Below are positions 12,692 through 27,144 of a DNA stretch of 64,000 nucleotides, in pieces (the stretch's first letter is position 1; each line of letters begins with the position of its first letter). Source of the DNA: Eledone cirrhosa (taxonomy: Eukaryota); assembly GCA_964016885.1 (NCBI GenBank), contig OZ024740.1, forward strand, positions 97,712,001-97,776,000, given 5' to 3'. The translations under genes were made by a program, and so were the position numbers. The notes under the pieces were generated by a model. It saw only the letters and a list, made by a program, of their open reading frames with translations, had not been told where the DNA came from and did not search any database.

Positions 12692-15152
12692 GATTATGTT
12701 TTAAATATAAGGAACTGTTTCTTTGTTTTTATTCATTGTTTTTATTAATTTATATATACATATGTATATATATATATTTATACATATGTATATATATAAA
12801 CATGTATATATATGTATATATATACATATATATGTGTATATATACATACATATATATATGTGTGTGTGTATACATATATTTATTATCATCATCATTTATT
12901 AAGGGTTACTACCTCTTCCTTGTGAGATGATTTAAGAAGTGCTTAGCTAACAGTGAGCCTCTGTACCAGGAATTTCTGGATCAAGACGAGAACTTAGACA
13001 GGATTTTCATACATTTGACTCCACTTGATATGTAATTGCTTTCATCACCTTGTCTTCAGTAAGCCTTTTATTTAGAATGTCTATTTTGTGCACTTCTTAT
13101 TCTTTGTTTTTGAAACCTTGATAATCTTTGTGCATCTGATTCATCTTCTCTATTGTGTGCTGTAATTTCAAACATCTAATTCCTGTTTTTGGATAGTTGC
13201 TTCCCTTGTCCTATCATTAGCACGCTTTTTTTTTATTTCTGTTCTGATTCATTTTGCCTATATGTTTTGTCATTGCTCTTCACTTTCATTTTCCCTTTGT
13301 AGTTGATTTGCCATAACTTTATGAGACTTTCTTCCAAATGAAGGTGTATTCTTCAGGCACATTTTCTGCTTGCAGTTTCCAATGTCATTATTATTTATCT
13401 AAAAATTAACTTTTTTCCATTACTGATGGATCTAAGTCAAGCTAAATTTTCGTTGAATGAGAACTCAGTGCATTAACTTTCAGTTATTTTTTGAAAACTC
13501 CAACCAAAATCTAATGGATATGAAAAGGCAAAAAAATTACAAGTTTCACAAGTGTTATGTTTAGTAGAGTTTTGATAAATAAAGTAAAGAACCCGATATT
13601 TAATGAGAGACTGATAAACACATATACACACAGAACTATGTGTGAAGATGTAGCATATATACACATACATAGGAAAGATAGAAGAAGATAATTGTAAGAA
13701 ACTCTCAGGAGATCTGGACAGCAAAATATATTCAGAGCATATGTTTCTGCCCTTCTTCATACATTCTAAGGAGTCAGGGCCGCATCCAGATTATCACTCC
13801 TGGGTGCCCTTTTGCTGACATTTAACCATTTAGATATTGGAGATTTGTTGCATATTCAAATCATATGGAGATTTTGATGAGAGGATCTAGCTGGAACTCC
13901 ACTTTGTTTCCTGCTTTCAAACTTTCCCTTTCAAACAATGCCCTTAAATAGTATGGTGGTCGGATTTGCCTACAAAGTAAATATGAAGTAGATATGACAT
14001 ATATAAACACATGGATGAGATATAAAGAATGTATGAAAAAATGTGCTGCAGCTGATAAACAAGATTTTGATATTAAATCAGGCATGAGTTGCTGCTTCAT
14101 GTTGATTGAATGCGTGGTGCTCACTTGTTTTAGTCATACCTCCTATTATGCAGGAGAGAGGAGGGGACATTTAATACTTAAGCAAGTGTGTGTTTGTTGC
14201 TTTAGAGTCAGCTACTATGTTGAACACATATTGCTCACTTTCTTCACTTTCTTTATATCTGTTTCTTTCTCTACTCATTCATGCATTGTTAACTTACTTT
14301 CTTAGTTCCATCTTTTGCTTTTAGCATTCTATTTAATTTCATGTGTGCTAAATTTCTCTCAAATTTTCACTTAATCATTCTCTCTATTTTCTGTCATATT
14401 TCATTGTAGTGAAAACAATAATGACTACCCTTACCACAGATTGACAAACAAACATATAAACAAATGAATATAGGTTCAAGTGTGAGGTAAACTTATTCCT
14501 GAATCTAATGAATTTACATGCCAAGTGTGAATATGATTGGTCTACTGGTTTTTAAGCACAGAAGAGACAAACAAACATATGAGGTATTATATATATATAT
14601 ATATTCTGTAGTAATGGCATGACTGATATTTGGATTCCTTTGTGTTTTATAGACAGAAGAATAATAACCTGTGCTATGTTCATATCCTCAGTTCTAGGTT
14701 TTAAGGCTTTCTCACTTTTAAACAAGGCTAACTGACATTGAACTGGGAGTTATCATCTATTTCATTGACAGTTTTACATCCCCTGGTGAAATTGTTATCT
14801 TCATGGCTGCAAGTTGCTATTGAATGATATGCAATTTAATAGGATGGACAGATGTAGTCTCTTGATTCGGTAATAGATTCAAGTGGAACAAAAATGTCAG
14901 TAACATTTGTGCAAATGTTACTTAAATTTTAATTAGACAGTAGTTTTTTCCTCTTAGCTGACTGGATTTTAAAATGTTCATAACGTTAAATATCTTCCGT
15001 TGGAATTTATTACTAATATTTTGAAACTGAATTCTAATTAGTGAGAAGAGATCTTCAAATAGCTATAAAATGTGATTTTCTAGTGAGATTTTGATTGGAT
15101 TTGAATATATATTTAATGGTTTTTATCCTGATTTTCATGCTTTTTGTTACAG

Positions 15153-15252
15153 AAGTAGGCGTACCACCTGAAGCCTTTAATGAAGCTGCCAAATTTCTGC
15201 ATAAGTTATTTTATATAGAATTTGAAAGTGGGAATAGCTATCTCTTTTGTTG
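15153..15252 (+). CDS. Candidate internal coding exon of an unidentified host gene
   Basis: Acceptor tttttgttacAG and donor G|GTAAGT flank 100 bp open in one frame (xVGVPPEAFNEAAKFLHKLFYIEFESGNSYLFCx), in non-repetitive context. Confidence 0.4.
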
Positions 15253-15789
15253 GTAAGTTGTTTTCATTTTCTGCATTATAGTTCTGCATTATAGTACAGG
15301 GAGCTTGTTAATATTATTTTCTATTTCTTTATAAGAACAAAGCTTTTGCATACAAAGTAAAATATTTACCGCTTCAAAAAGTAACATGTATTATAACTTA
15401 ATGGGTATTTTATAGATCATAAGTGTTTGATCCTAAGTAATCCTGTTCACAACTAGAAACTATATTCATTTTGAAAGCTATAATTGTTCTCCTGGTGAGT
15501 AGGTGGGAAGTCTGAAAGAGTGGATGGAGAATAGGTGAATGGGTGAAGTATGTAACATAAGAGGTTCTAGACTTGACTAACTTGATACACCAGTCCATAT
15601 GAAAGCTGTCAAAAAACATAAATGACCAACTGCTACAATTATAGTCAAATATGACTTAAATTTTGAATATGGCTCATCAGCTTTTCAACCACTGAAGAAG
15701 GATATGTCCTCATCATCATCAATGAACATAAAAGGATGATGATGATGACGTTGATGATGATGATCACATTTAATATTCTAATATTTCAT

Positions 15790-16090
15790 AATTTCAACCT
15801 ACGAGCAACAGATTAAAAGAGAACCAACACACCTCTCTTAAAGTTTACAGACTTTCTATCACCATTGAAACAAGGCTATTTCATGTTAACTTCTTAGATG
15901 TTAAAGTTAATCTTAAAAACACATTGCACTAGACATTTCATAAATCAAATGAATAATTATATTGTATTCATAAGACCTCAACATGGCCCCTAAAATATTT
16001 CATGTAGTCTCACATAACTCTCAGCTAAATTGAAAATCTTCACAGGTTCATCTGCTTATTACAATAAAGCTGTTTCCAGAGAAGATAAAA
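15790..16090 (+). pseudogene. Highly decayed Naiad-type PLE RT fragment
   Basis: FTDFSITIETRLFHVNFLDVKVNLKN..FHKSNE resembles the VNFLDTTLHLNTKLHHPYHKP motif at 32324-32827. Confidence 0.55.
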
Positions 16091-16962
16091 TACATAAAGA
16101 GTATTTCTGATCACAAAATTCCATTTAAATTCTCTTCAAAACATGGTTCAATGTTTGCATATCATCCTACTTAAGCCTGTATTGCAATGTAGACATGTAT
16201 GCATATTCATCTATGTGTGTGTGTTTGTGTATGTGTTTATATTTGTGTGTGCACATGTGCATGCGTGTGCATTAAAAAAAAGCATCATTATTGTAGATAT
16301 ATGCTAGCATGCAATTTTACATTACCCTCACTCTTAGTACAAACTAGGTTTGTTAGAAATTATATTCAATGGAGTAGTTAATTATATAGAATGAGAGATC
16401 ACTTGCATTTTTGCAGCAATTGTTATGCATATATAAATATGCATAGTTATATCTAGATAACACACGTGGGTGTATAAAAGATATACATAAGCACAGAGTC
16501 AATGTGAAATTCAGGGTGACTGTAACATCAGAGTTTTATCTGTATATATATTTATATATATATATATATACTGTTAACATATATGTACATATATAATTGT
16601 TATAATCCAGCAGGGATGCATCAACTCACATATGACCCTATCTGTGTGAGTATAGATTTATGGCAGTTTGTATATAAAATTATGAATATATTTACTGTTG
16701 AACCTTTTCATGGTGAGTCACAGAAAACAATAACGAAAACGGACCATATAGGTGAGACGTGGTCACCTGACTTGTCTAGCCTCATAATGGGACAAACTAT
16801 CTAACGCATGGAAGCATGGAAAATAGATGCTAAATGGTGATGATGATGATGATGATATATATCACTATCAAATGTTTATATATGTGTATATATATATACA
16901 TATATATGTGTGTGGTATGTGTGTGCGTGTGGGTGGGTTTGCATGGTACTAAAAACAATGAG

Positions 16963-17018
<56 letters not shown>

Positions 17019-17439
17019 GGTATTTAAATAAATGATACACAAAAACAATGCAAGATTAAAGCTATAATAATATGTCTGGTGCAGTGCAGAATATTTAGTG
17101 AATGAACCCAAACTGTCAATTATAGATGTCTTATATGGAAGTATATATTTAACTGAAAATCTAACTCAATCATATATATTTCATGAAATTCTTTTCTCTG
17201 AATTAAATATTTGTTTAAGATTGATGAAGTAACTGAATATTTTTTATTTTTTATTTATGTAATGTTTTTCTCAAACACTGTTTCTTACTTTATCCTCCTT
17301 CCTTTCCTCCATCTCATCTGTTTATCTTTAACGTTTAGAATATGAAGAAATTGAATAACTATTGGTTTTTTTTAATGAATTAAATTTATTTTTTTCTTTT
17401 AGTTCCTGTTGGGTTATTATAATATATTTCTTTCCATCT

Positions 17440-17950
17440 TTGTTTGTGCAGATGAGAAGATGATTGAAATAAGCATTCATTTAGTGTCTCATATGTTTTG
17501 TTAACTAGGAGATATGGTGAATGAAGAATGTGGACAAGATGCATTAACAGTGGTTAGAATATGATGCACACAGAAATAGTTCTAGGAAATGGCTGGCATG
17601 CTAATATGGAGGTTGTGTCCTTAAAATGGAAAAGAAAAGTGGATGCTACATGATCAAGAAATTCATTCCAAGGTGCTAAACCTTGAGCAGCGAAGAAGGC
17701 TGGAATGAACAGAAATGAGAAAGCTTTGGAGATGAATGAAGCATTACTCAGAGGAAGGAAAAGAAACGTTGAATTGCAGAGAATGATGGGAATAGAACCA
17801 GTGTTGAATATTGTGAAGTGTAATGAAATGGGATGACTAGATTATATGTTGAAAGTGACTGAGTGAGAGGAATGATGGAAATGAATGTGGAACATTATTC
17901 AAGACATTACTTGAACAGAGAAACAGAAGTAAAGTGTTGCTGCTGATAAT
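17440..17950 (+). mobile_element. Old RTE-like LINE 3' relic
   Basis: Degenerate similarity to the RTE C-terminal region. Related relic on the minus strand at 48020-48780. Confidence 0.4.
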
Positions 17951-19535
17951 GATGATAGTGCATGCTGATAAAAGGAGATATGTCTTCCACAAAGAGTAGA
18001 TGTAGAACTCAGTAGACGATTCCTCACATTATAATGTTGTATGTTTTGTTGTTGCTGTTATATTGTCTCAGATCAATTTTTATTAAGAAAATCTATGATT
18101 AAAAGCATTCCATCCATGGCAATTTCATATTTTCTTCAAACAATATATCTAGAAAAATAATAATTCAATGTGTCTTTCATATTTTTAAAGGGTTGTCCCC
18201 TCCACCCCTTGTCAGCATGAGGAAGCTGACGATGAGTTAGAATATCATTTGATGTCGATTTTGTTGATATTTCTAGAACATCAAGCAACTACATAGACAC
18301 TTGCACTACATTTTTTTTGTTGTTGTTACTTACGTCAAGGAAAGATCTAACCCTGTAGATCTTATGACAAAAAGTGTTTCGTCTGAAATCAATTTGTCTT
18401 TCTTTTCAAAATAGTAAATCTAGGATTACATTATATAATGTATCCTTTATATTTTGTAAGATTTGCTATTTCTCACAGGCCAAACAACCATATAAGCTTC
18501 CATGTTACTGTTATTTATTTGGGGGAAATTATTTGGGTGGGAGCAACAGCAAAGTCTTCCAGTATCAAGGCTTGGTTTTTGATTAATACAGGTTCAAATA
18601 CTGTCTTTCACAAACAATATTAATATTGAAAGAACATTTCCTCAATGTGGCCACCTGGTTTCAGTGTACTCATATTGAGAGAATCTACCATGGTAGCATT
18701 GGTTCACCTTACAAACATAGACTTAGATATTGACACAAGAGACATCTTGTTCACAGAATCATATGACTGCAATAAACTCCTGCTTGATGAGCCTCAAAGT
18801 TCAACATAGATTTTAACTTTAAACATATAAAAAGTTTTATAGCAATATGATGTCACAGAAACCAAATTTAAAATACACTGTACAACTCTATAAAAAATTT
18901 AGTGATCATTATATTCAAATGCAGGATCCCTTAAATTTGTCTTAAACTGTATATACTAACAACACAAAAAATAAATGATTTTTCAAAATCTTTTCATATA
19001 TTTATAAAACATAAACCTTTGAGAAATAGTTTTTTTTTTATATTTTGTTATTCTGTCCAATGTTGCACTTCAGAAAAAAAAAGAAAAATATTATTAAACA
19101 AGATTGTTGGATATATAAAATTTAAATATTTTGTTATTATACAAAAAAAGTATTGATATTTACTTAATGTTCAATAATAATAATGAAAGATATATAAGCT
19201 GTATTTAGAAAAGATAAGGTTAACATATGTGTGTGTGTGTGTGTGTGTTTAAGTGTGGACTTGTGTGTGTATATATGCATCAATATATATATTAACAGTA
19301 ATGGATGTTTAAGCTTTCAGTAACAAAATGTTGTGAACATCATTATTTTGTGAATATTTCTGAATATGACTCTATCTACATATCTATATATGTATACATA
19401 GGTTTTTCATAATAATCAACAAGGGTTCTTATTGTATGACTATATTTTGTACACATGTCTATATATATAAATACATAGACAAGCATCAATATGTATATAT
19501 GTATATTCCCCAGTGTATTTATATATATATAAATG

Positions 19536-19744
19536 GACGTGTAGGCGCTAAGGAAAAAAAGCACCCAGCACTCACTGTAAATGAGGTTGGTGTTAGGAAG
19601 TGCATCCAGCTGTAGAAATCAAGCCAGAATCAGTTCCCGTATGAGCAAGACATGGTCAGCCAACTCGGTACTGCCCACAACAGAACAACCTGTCTAACCC
19701 ATGCTAGCGTGCAAGAATGTACGTACAACGGTGATGATGATGAT
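19536..19744 (+). mobile_element. RTE/SINE-A 3' fragment
   Basis: Matches 37975-38188 and ends in (GAT)n. Confidence 0.8.
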
Positions 19745-20679
19745 GTGTGTGTGTGTGTGTTTATGTATGTATACATCTAAAGACACATATATTTAGAATG
19801 AAAAGAGACACAAGAGCATGAAGTTTAGGAATATATATATATATGTATGTATGTATGTAAACAAATGTACACAGGGAAGTGTGTGTACATATTTAAATTT
19901 AAGAAATTATCACACTCTATTTTCTTTAATGGAAAAAACTAGTCAAATTGAATTACAATATATTGAAATTTCAAGTTAAATTCCAAAGAATTTTAACTCA
20001 CTCATACTGGAACAGAATGCCTAAATATATATATTTGAAATGTTTGTATTATATATATGTATATATATTTATATATATCTGGCACTATGTTGGTTACAAC
20101 TATCAGTGTTCCACGTTATACGATCAACAGAACAGTCTGTTTGTGAAATGAATGATCAAGTGATTGAGCATATTACTGAAAGGTACATCCTTACCCCTTT
20201 AACATTTAGACCAGCCATATCTGGCTAGAATTTTCTCACCTCTTTCTGTTCAAACTAGCCATAACTTGCCACTCACATTTATGTTAAGGTGTTGTTTTCA
20301 AAATAAATAATATCAAAATCTCATAGATTCGATATTATGTGAGGTATTATGTTAGGTACAGCCTTTACTGTGAAAATACAATAGTAAATAAAGAGTAATG
20401 TAAATGTTAAAGGGTTAATGTAGTTCTCAGTGAGATTCAGCATGTCAGAGAATGTAACAAGGCTGGCCTTTCGAATTTCAGGTAAAACAGATTTTTGTCA
20501 GCTGCCTAGTCTGGAGCAAGGTAAAATAAAATGTTTTGCTCAAGGATACATGCTGCTGGTAATCCAACTGAAGGCCTTATGATTATACGCCATCACACAC
20601 ATATGCACACACACACACACATACACACACACATATATATATGTATATAATTTGTTATTATTTTAGAAAAATGATTCTT

Positions 20680-21040
20680 TGCAGCATAGAGATATGGCCC
20701 TTTATGGACTGAGTTCAAATCCTGCCATGGTTAGATTTGCCTTTCATCATTACAGGGTTGATAAAATAAAGCACCAGTAATGTACTGGGGTCAATTTAAT
20801 CCACTTTTCCCATCCCCCAAAATTGTAAGCTTTGTGCCTAAATCAGAAACCACCACTATTATTATTATTATTGGCGGTATTGGTAGAAGGTTGGACGCTA
20901 TGCTTTGCAGCATAGAGTTAGGACCCTTTACGGTATGAGTTAAAATCCTGCCATGGTTAACTTTACCTTTCGGCGATAAAATAAAGTACCGGGATAAGCA
21001 CTGGGATAATTGCTGGCCTTGTGCCAAAAGTAGAAACAAT
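20680..21040 (+). mobile_element. Two tandem SINE family B copies
   Basis: Two B-box and Nin-like bodies, each ending in GAAAC. Confidence 0.8.
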
Positions 21041-21392
21041 TATTATTATCAATATCATCAGAGGGTAATTTTCTAGGTTTAAATCTCATGGTTATTCGTG
21101 ACTGAAGGTAGTGTTTACCCTTTACCCTCTATATATATATAGGTAACTTTTGATAGGTTTCTAATTTAATAGCATCACCTGGTGAAATCTATCAAATCAT
21201 GATTCATACCTCAGTCATGTTTTAGATACCATGGCCCACTCAAGTAGAGACATATCCTGGTGTAGGGACTTTATAAATACATACATATATACATTCATTA
21301 ACAGCTAAGAACACACACATGGACACACATACATATATATATATACATATATATATATTATATTATATTATTTGTTTATGTACATATGTGAA

Positions 21393-21429
<37 letters not shown>

Positions 21430-21496
21430 GCGATGATGGCTGCAATTCAATTTTGAGTAATGCCATTGCCTGATGCTTAAGCATGAACACTGCGGA

Positions 21497-21790
21497 TCAT
21501 CATCATCATCATCATCATTTCATTTTACGTCCACTTTTCCCTGCTTGCAAGGTTGGGACGGGAACTGATTCTGGCTTGATTTCTACAGCCGGATGCCCTT
21601 CCTAACACCAACCTCATTTACAGTGAGTGCTGGGTGTTTTTTTGCCGTAGCACCTCCATGACCACTTTGAAGTGGAATGATATGGACCCCAGTCCTATCA
21701 TCTCATTTCTACAGCTGAGTAAACTGAAGAAATGTGAAATAAAGTGTCTTGCTCAAGGAAACAACACATCACCCGGTATGAGAATTGAAG
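21497..21790 (-). mobile_element. SINE family A, short variant
   Basis: Reverse match to 1619-2000 with internal deletions. Confidence 0.75.
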
Positions 21791-22291
21791 CATCACCGGT
21801 GTGGCTTTTAATCCTGCTAGGGACTAACCTTTCGCCAGCAATGATATGCATCATAAAAAATATCATATATCAAGTGATGCTTATGCTTGAAGCTTTTTTA
21901 TGTGAGGAAAGGCTTTGCACTTGGCAATCCCACTCTCTGAACATTGAATAAATTTAGCAAAAAAATAGAAATGTTCTATATCATTGGATGCAAATGAATT
22001 TACAGGTTTTATATCAGAGTGACCTTCTCCTATGAAGATGTCTCAATATTGACTAGGAGTCTCTCGCTCCACAAAAATTAAAAAACATAGAAAATGGGCT
22101 GCCCTCGGAAGCTTCTCTATGCAGATGATTTGGTCCTTTTAGCTGAAACCAAATGAGAACTAGGCATTAAATTCTGATTATAGAAACAGAACTTGGAAAT
22201 AAAAGGCCTGAGAGTGAATTTGGCCAAAACTAAAGAGCTAGTGAGTAGAAATTGAGGATGTAAGAACTTAGTCAAAACTAAAGTGCAAGTA

Positions 22292-22548
22292 TGGAAATGA
22301 GGACGTATATACAATATATATTTATTTATATTTATTTATATTTAATATTATTAAAGCTAAAAAGTGGGTCTTGTTGCTCTGGAGTTTTGCCTGTTTATCA
22401 CAGTCAGCAAACTTCAGAGTAACAAGACTATCTTTTTAGACTTAATAATATTGAATATAAATAAATATAAATAAATATATATTGTATATACGTCCTCATT
22501 TCCAAACTCTACTTAGGTTCTGAGCACTCCTTTTTCTTAGCCGTCAAC
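22292..22548 (+). repeat. Fold-back element: ~100-bp arms (22292-22504) plus ~45-nt tail before (CA)n(TA)n
   Basis: tggaaatgaggacgtatatacaat... / ...attgtatatacgtcctcatttcca. The tail contains GAGCACTC. Confidence 0.75.
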
Positions 22549-23199
22549 CACACACACACATATATATATATTGTGTCAGGTCATTCATGAGTACTACTGG
22601 TAACAAGAACCCTGTACAAAATGTCACATCGTCAGATTGTCGGCAACTAAACTGGCAACTGCATCAAACTTGTTGATGAAGGTGATTTTGAACACTGAAC
22701 AGGATGAAAAATACAAACTGACAAAGGTCAGAGAAACACATGAGAGTCAATGGCCATAAAATACTGTATATATGTATATATCATGAGGTTGTGTAAATAT
22801 GTATACGAGTATGTGAGTGTAGACGTTTGTGTGTATGCATTTTTTTTACTTTTAACTTTTCAAATTTAAATATTTTTTTTAATTATTTTTATTTCATTTT
22901 ATCTTATTTATTTATTTAACCTATATATTATTTATCAGGAAAACCCTATGGCTGATACAGTTACCAATAATTTTTTTCACTTTTTATTTGCGAGAAGGAC
23001 ACTCTGAAGAGCTTGCAATTGTTGCAGATACCAATTATCTTGCATCTGCTTAGAAAGCTGCATGTTTGTAGCAATGCTACATTGATCTCCTTGTACACAT
23101 CTGTTCAAAGTTTTGCAGTGAGAGGGAAGGAATGACACATACAGACGTAATGAGTTAGAGGTATGCAGTTGCTAATCTACACACATGTGGTTTAAGGAT

Positions 23200-24660
23200 T
23201 ATCTAATGTTGCCAGTTTTTAGAATAGGAACTGGCTTGGGCGGAGTCTTTTGTGACTGAGCAACCCTTTCAAGGAAGAACACTACTCACCCAAATCTTGG
23301 AAGAGGGCTAGAAATGGTGAATCAAACCTCATCTATTCCACTATCAAGTTGATCAGCTACCTGCAGCTGTTTATAGCAGCAAGAAAATCAATAAGAAGAA
23401 TAGTGATTTTCAAAAGAATAGAATTGTATTGAATGCTGCTATATGAAATATTAGAACACTTCTTGACAGGGACTCATCCACAAATTTAGAAAGCAGAACT
23501 GCTATTATTTGTGGGGAATCAAGCAGGTATAATATTGATATAACTGCACTCTCTGAAAAACGTCTTAGGGATGAAGGTCATCTATCAGAGAGGGGTGCTA
23601 GCTATACTTTCTTCTAGAAAGGGAAACCAAATGGTGAAACAAGGAATGGAGAAGTAGGTTTTCAGTGTTCAGTCAGAGGTCACAAAGTAACTGGACCAAC
23701 CACAAGACAGTTGTAATAGAATCATGTATCTAAGTGTTCCTCTTTCATAGAGAGATTTCATGTATGTCATTTCAGTGAATGCCCCGACCCTAGATAATAG
23801 CCAAGAATCAATTATGGCTTATTACCAAGATTACAAGGTTTTATAGCATCGATTCCACATTCAGAGGAGATCTTGCTTCTTGGACATTCCAGTGCATGGG
23901 CAAGATGTATGCTAATAAACTTTGTTTGCAATTATGCACTGAGTTTGAGTTGCTCATGGGCAATATTTTTTTTAAGCAAAAGGAGATCCACAAGGCAACA
24001 TGAATACCCCCTAGATTTAAATATGGACACATCTTGGATTATATCATCACCAAGAAGAGAGACCTCCAGGATATCTGCTCTGTAAGAGTAATGCATAGTG
24101 CAGAATGTAGTACAGACCGCAAACTTGTATGTGGCAAAATGCAGGAGCAGATCAGAAGAAAAGTGAGGGCAGCAGGGGTAAAAATGCTAAAAGGTATAGA
24201 TGTGTCCAAACTGCAAAGTATAGAAATGCAAGATGCTCTTCAAAATGCACTTGAAAATGTGTCTTTCATGGATCTTAGAAACAGTTTAAAACCCAGATTT
24301 ACAGTGCTGGGGCTGATGTACTTGGTCTTAAGAAGACAAAACACAGAGACTGATTTGATGATGATGATGCTGCAATCATTGTGTTCTTTGAAGAGAATAA
24401 CAAGCTGTATGAGTAGTGCTGAAGTCAAAAATGAGGATGTCCTCATCAAAGATACGGCAAAAATCAAGAGTTGGTAAACTTTAAAGATCTGTTTGACAAC
24501 CCATCTGTAGTTGATGAGGATATCATTAATGGACTGCCACAAAAGGAGACCATAACAGAGCTGTTGAATGATCCAACCAAGTGATGAGATAAGATCTACT
24601 ATCAAAGAGATAAGCATAGGGAAAGCTCCATGTTTTGATGGTATAACTTTGGAAGAGAAA
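23200..24660 (+). mobile_element. Decayed RTE (BovB-like) LINE, APE endonuclease region
   Basis: NIRTLLD, YNIDITALSEKRL, GYTFF, LDYIITKKRDLQDICSVRVMHSAECSTDRKLV and GKAP.FDGI, with many disruptions. Confidence 0.75.
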
Positions 24661-25528
24661 ATGTTGCCTTAACCATCCACAGGCTATTCTGATCTCTATA
24701 ATACACACACATACACACATATATATATATGTGTGTGCGTGTGTATGTATATATACAGAGACAAACACAAACATTTTTTATTAGGTATATGTAAGTAAAG
24801 TGTATGACACTGGTGAGTTAATTAGTATTCCTGTGATTTTGTTCATATGAACAAAGCTTACAGTTACAATCTAGTGTATTAAATACTTCACAAAAGTCGA
24901 CTGTACTATATTAATTTTAATGAGACCTACTGTGTCCATAAGATTTTGTATATATACCATACCTTAATGAAGAATATAAGAAGTATATTACACATTGTTT
25001 ACTGAAGTACTATATGTATTATGTCCTGGAATAGTAGCTAGCGCCCCAGTGTTACTTCACTTACACATACTTATAAACAAAGAATGCAAACACAAACACT
25101 CACAAAGACGTGTGTGTGTGTGAGTTAGAGAGAGAGTGTGTGTGTGTGTGGAAACAAAAAGAAGCCAATCATTAGATTGGATAAAGGAAGTACGGTTTCC
25201 ATTTTTCTCTCCCTTACTGATGCTATCTGCCATTCAAACCTACTGGTAGAAGGAGCTGGAATTTGAACTAATAATGCACATAACTTGATCAAGGGTTGAC
25301 ATTAACAATTCCCCCAACCAAGAAGCTTTGGACTGGTACTTTTTTTATCAATTCCGAAAGTACGAAAGGCAAATTCAACTTTATATATATATAGAGGAAA
25401 GAGTTAGGGCCGGACAGCAGGAATTAGCTGTCAAAGAGCTCAGCCATCAGTCCCTGACTCTCTATTATCCTTAGTATTGTGTACTCTGTTGAATAATAAT
25501 CTTACTAGTTTAAAACTGGTATATTCCT

Positions 25529-25564
<36 letters not shown>

Positions 25565-25602
25565 ATATATACATATATATATATATTTATATATATATCT
25601 AT

Positions 25603-26503
25603 AGGTAGAAGTTGTATTTAATTTGTTGGAAGTCCGACAAACATAAATGTTTATAACTGATTTAGAGCACTCAACAACTTACAGGAGTAAATATTCAATG
25701 ATATTAAATAAATGGAAACTATATTTATAAAACCATATTTATTTTATTATATATATTTCAAGGGCAACCAAGAAAAACATTGGTACGCTTTCATCAAATA
25801 AAATACAAGTTATTTTTATAAATAGAGACATACCCATGAAAATCATACCTTGTCGGTTGGAAATTCACTGGATAGTGGAAATATATTCAGGATTATTCAT
25901 CAGATAAAATAAAGATATAAACTTAGAATATATTCCCCCATCTATTCATCCTCTTGTTAATTTCTTCTCTCTATCTCTCTCGTAATATTTTTTATTTTTT
26001 CTCTCTCTCTTTTTTCTCACTTTTTCTCCAGTGTCATTTAAATAAATGGTTGTTTTTCAATTATTTACATATTCATTTACATATTCACACATAAGTTTCA
26101 ATAATCCCTAATATATTTCCACTATCCAGTGAATTTCCATCGGATAAGGTATGATTTTCATGGGTATGTCTCTATTTATAAAACAAACTTTGTATTTTAT
26201 CTGATGAAAGTTTACCAATGTTGTCTTGGTTGCCCCTGAAATATATATAATTGTTTCTACTTTTGGCACAAGGCCAGCAATTACCCAGTGCATTGCTGGT
26301 ACTTTATTTTATCGATCCGGTAAGGATGAAAGGCAAAGTTAACCTCGGCGGGATTTAACTCAGAATGGCAAGGGCTGTAACTCTATACGTCAAAGCATGG
26401 CATCCAACCCTCTACCAATACTGCCAATCGACCACCTTTGAAATATATATAATAAAATAAATATGGTTTTATAAATATAGTTTCCATTTATTTAATATCA
26501 TTG
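25603..26503 (-). mobile_element. Fold-back PLE end, family B, second copy; right arm interrupted by SINE B
   Basis: Tail 25603-25697; arms ~25698-25890 / 26108-26503, similar to 2137-2705. Hammerheads at 25742-25803 (minus, C3U) and 26195-26251 (plus, CTGATGA..GAAA). Confidence 0.8.
26252..26438 (-). mobile_element. SINE family B with 15-bp TSD
   Basis: TGAAATATATATAAT is duplicated at 26237-26251 and 26439-26453. Confidence 0.88.
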
Positions 26504-26516
26504 TATATATATATAT

Positions 26517-26720
26517 TAGAAGTAGTAACACAACAGTTAGTTCACCATACTGAGAACAATTGTTTCACCTGAAGTGGATCTTCAGTCTGAGCTGAAGATC
26601 CGCTTAAGATGAAACAATTGTTCTCGGTATGGTGAACTAACTGTTGTGTTACTACTTCTACCAAACTGGTCACATGGACCGAGTGCTCTACCACTATGGA
26701 TATTACCTTCCAGTGTTCTA

Positions 26721-26722
<2 letters not shown>
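26517..26722 (+). mobile_element. Fold-back element family C (~205 bp) with back-to-back hammerheads
   Basis: Arms 26517-26585 / 26592-26660 and a 62-nt tail, with (TA)n on both sides. Second copy at 33865-34069. Confidence 0.88.
26587..26627 (+). ncRNA. Minimal type-I hammerhead ribozyme
   Basis: CTGAG-CTGAAGA-tccgcttaagat-GAAAC-AATT-GT-T-CTCGG. Confidence 0.75.
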
Positions 26723-26784
<62 letters not shown>

Positions 26785-27144
26785 TATATCCTCATAACCT
26801 TTTTACGATCATTCTTCCATGCCAGGAGGGTTAGACAGGTTGTCCTGTTGTGGACAATGCCAGGTTTGGTGAACATGTATTGCTCATACAGAACTGATTT
26901 TGGCTAGGTTTCTACACCCCTCCCTAATGTCAACCTCATTTACAGTGAGTACTGTGTGCTTTTTACTGTGCTGCCTGCACAACCACTTTACAGTGTGTAC
27001 TTGGTGTTTTTTGTCGTGACATCTTCACAACCACTTTACAGTGGGACGGGGGGTTGGGGGCATACTGTCTATATGCTTCACCTTGTTCCCATAGGACGAA
27101 GTGTGGGGGGGAGGAGTCGTCTGTAATATATATATATATATATA

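Noticed and set aside
21058-21285. Short agagggtaa/ttaccctct hairpin and a CTGGTGA..GAGAC motif
   Set aside because: Too short or degenerate to distinguish from chance.
25393-25530. Possible small fold-back plus tail after (TA)n
   Set aside because: Only ~14-bp imperfect arms, with no ribozyme and no second copy.
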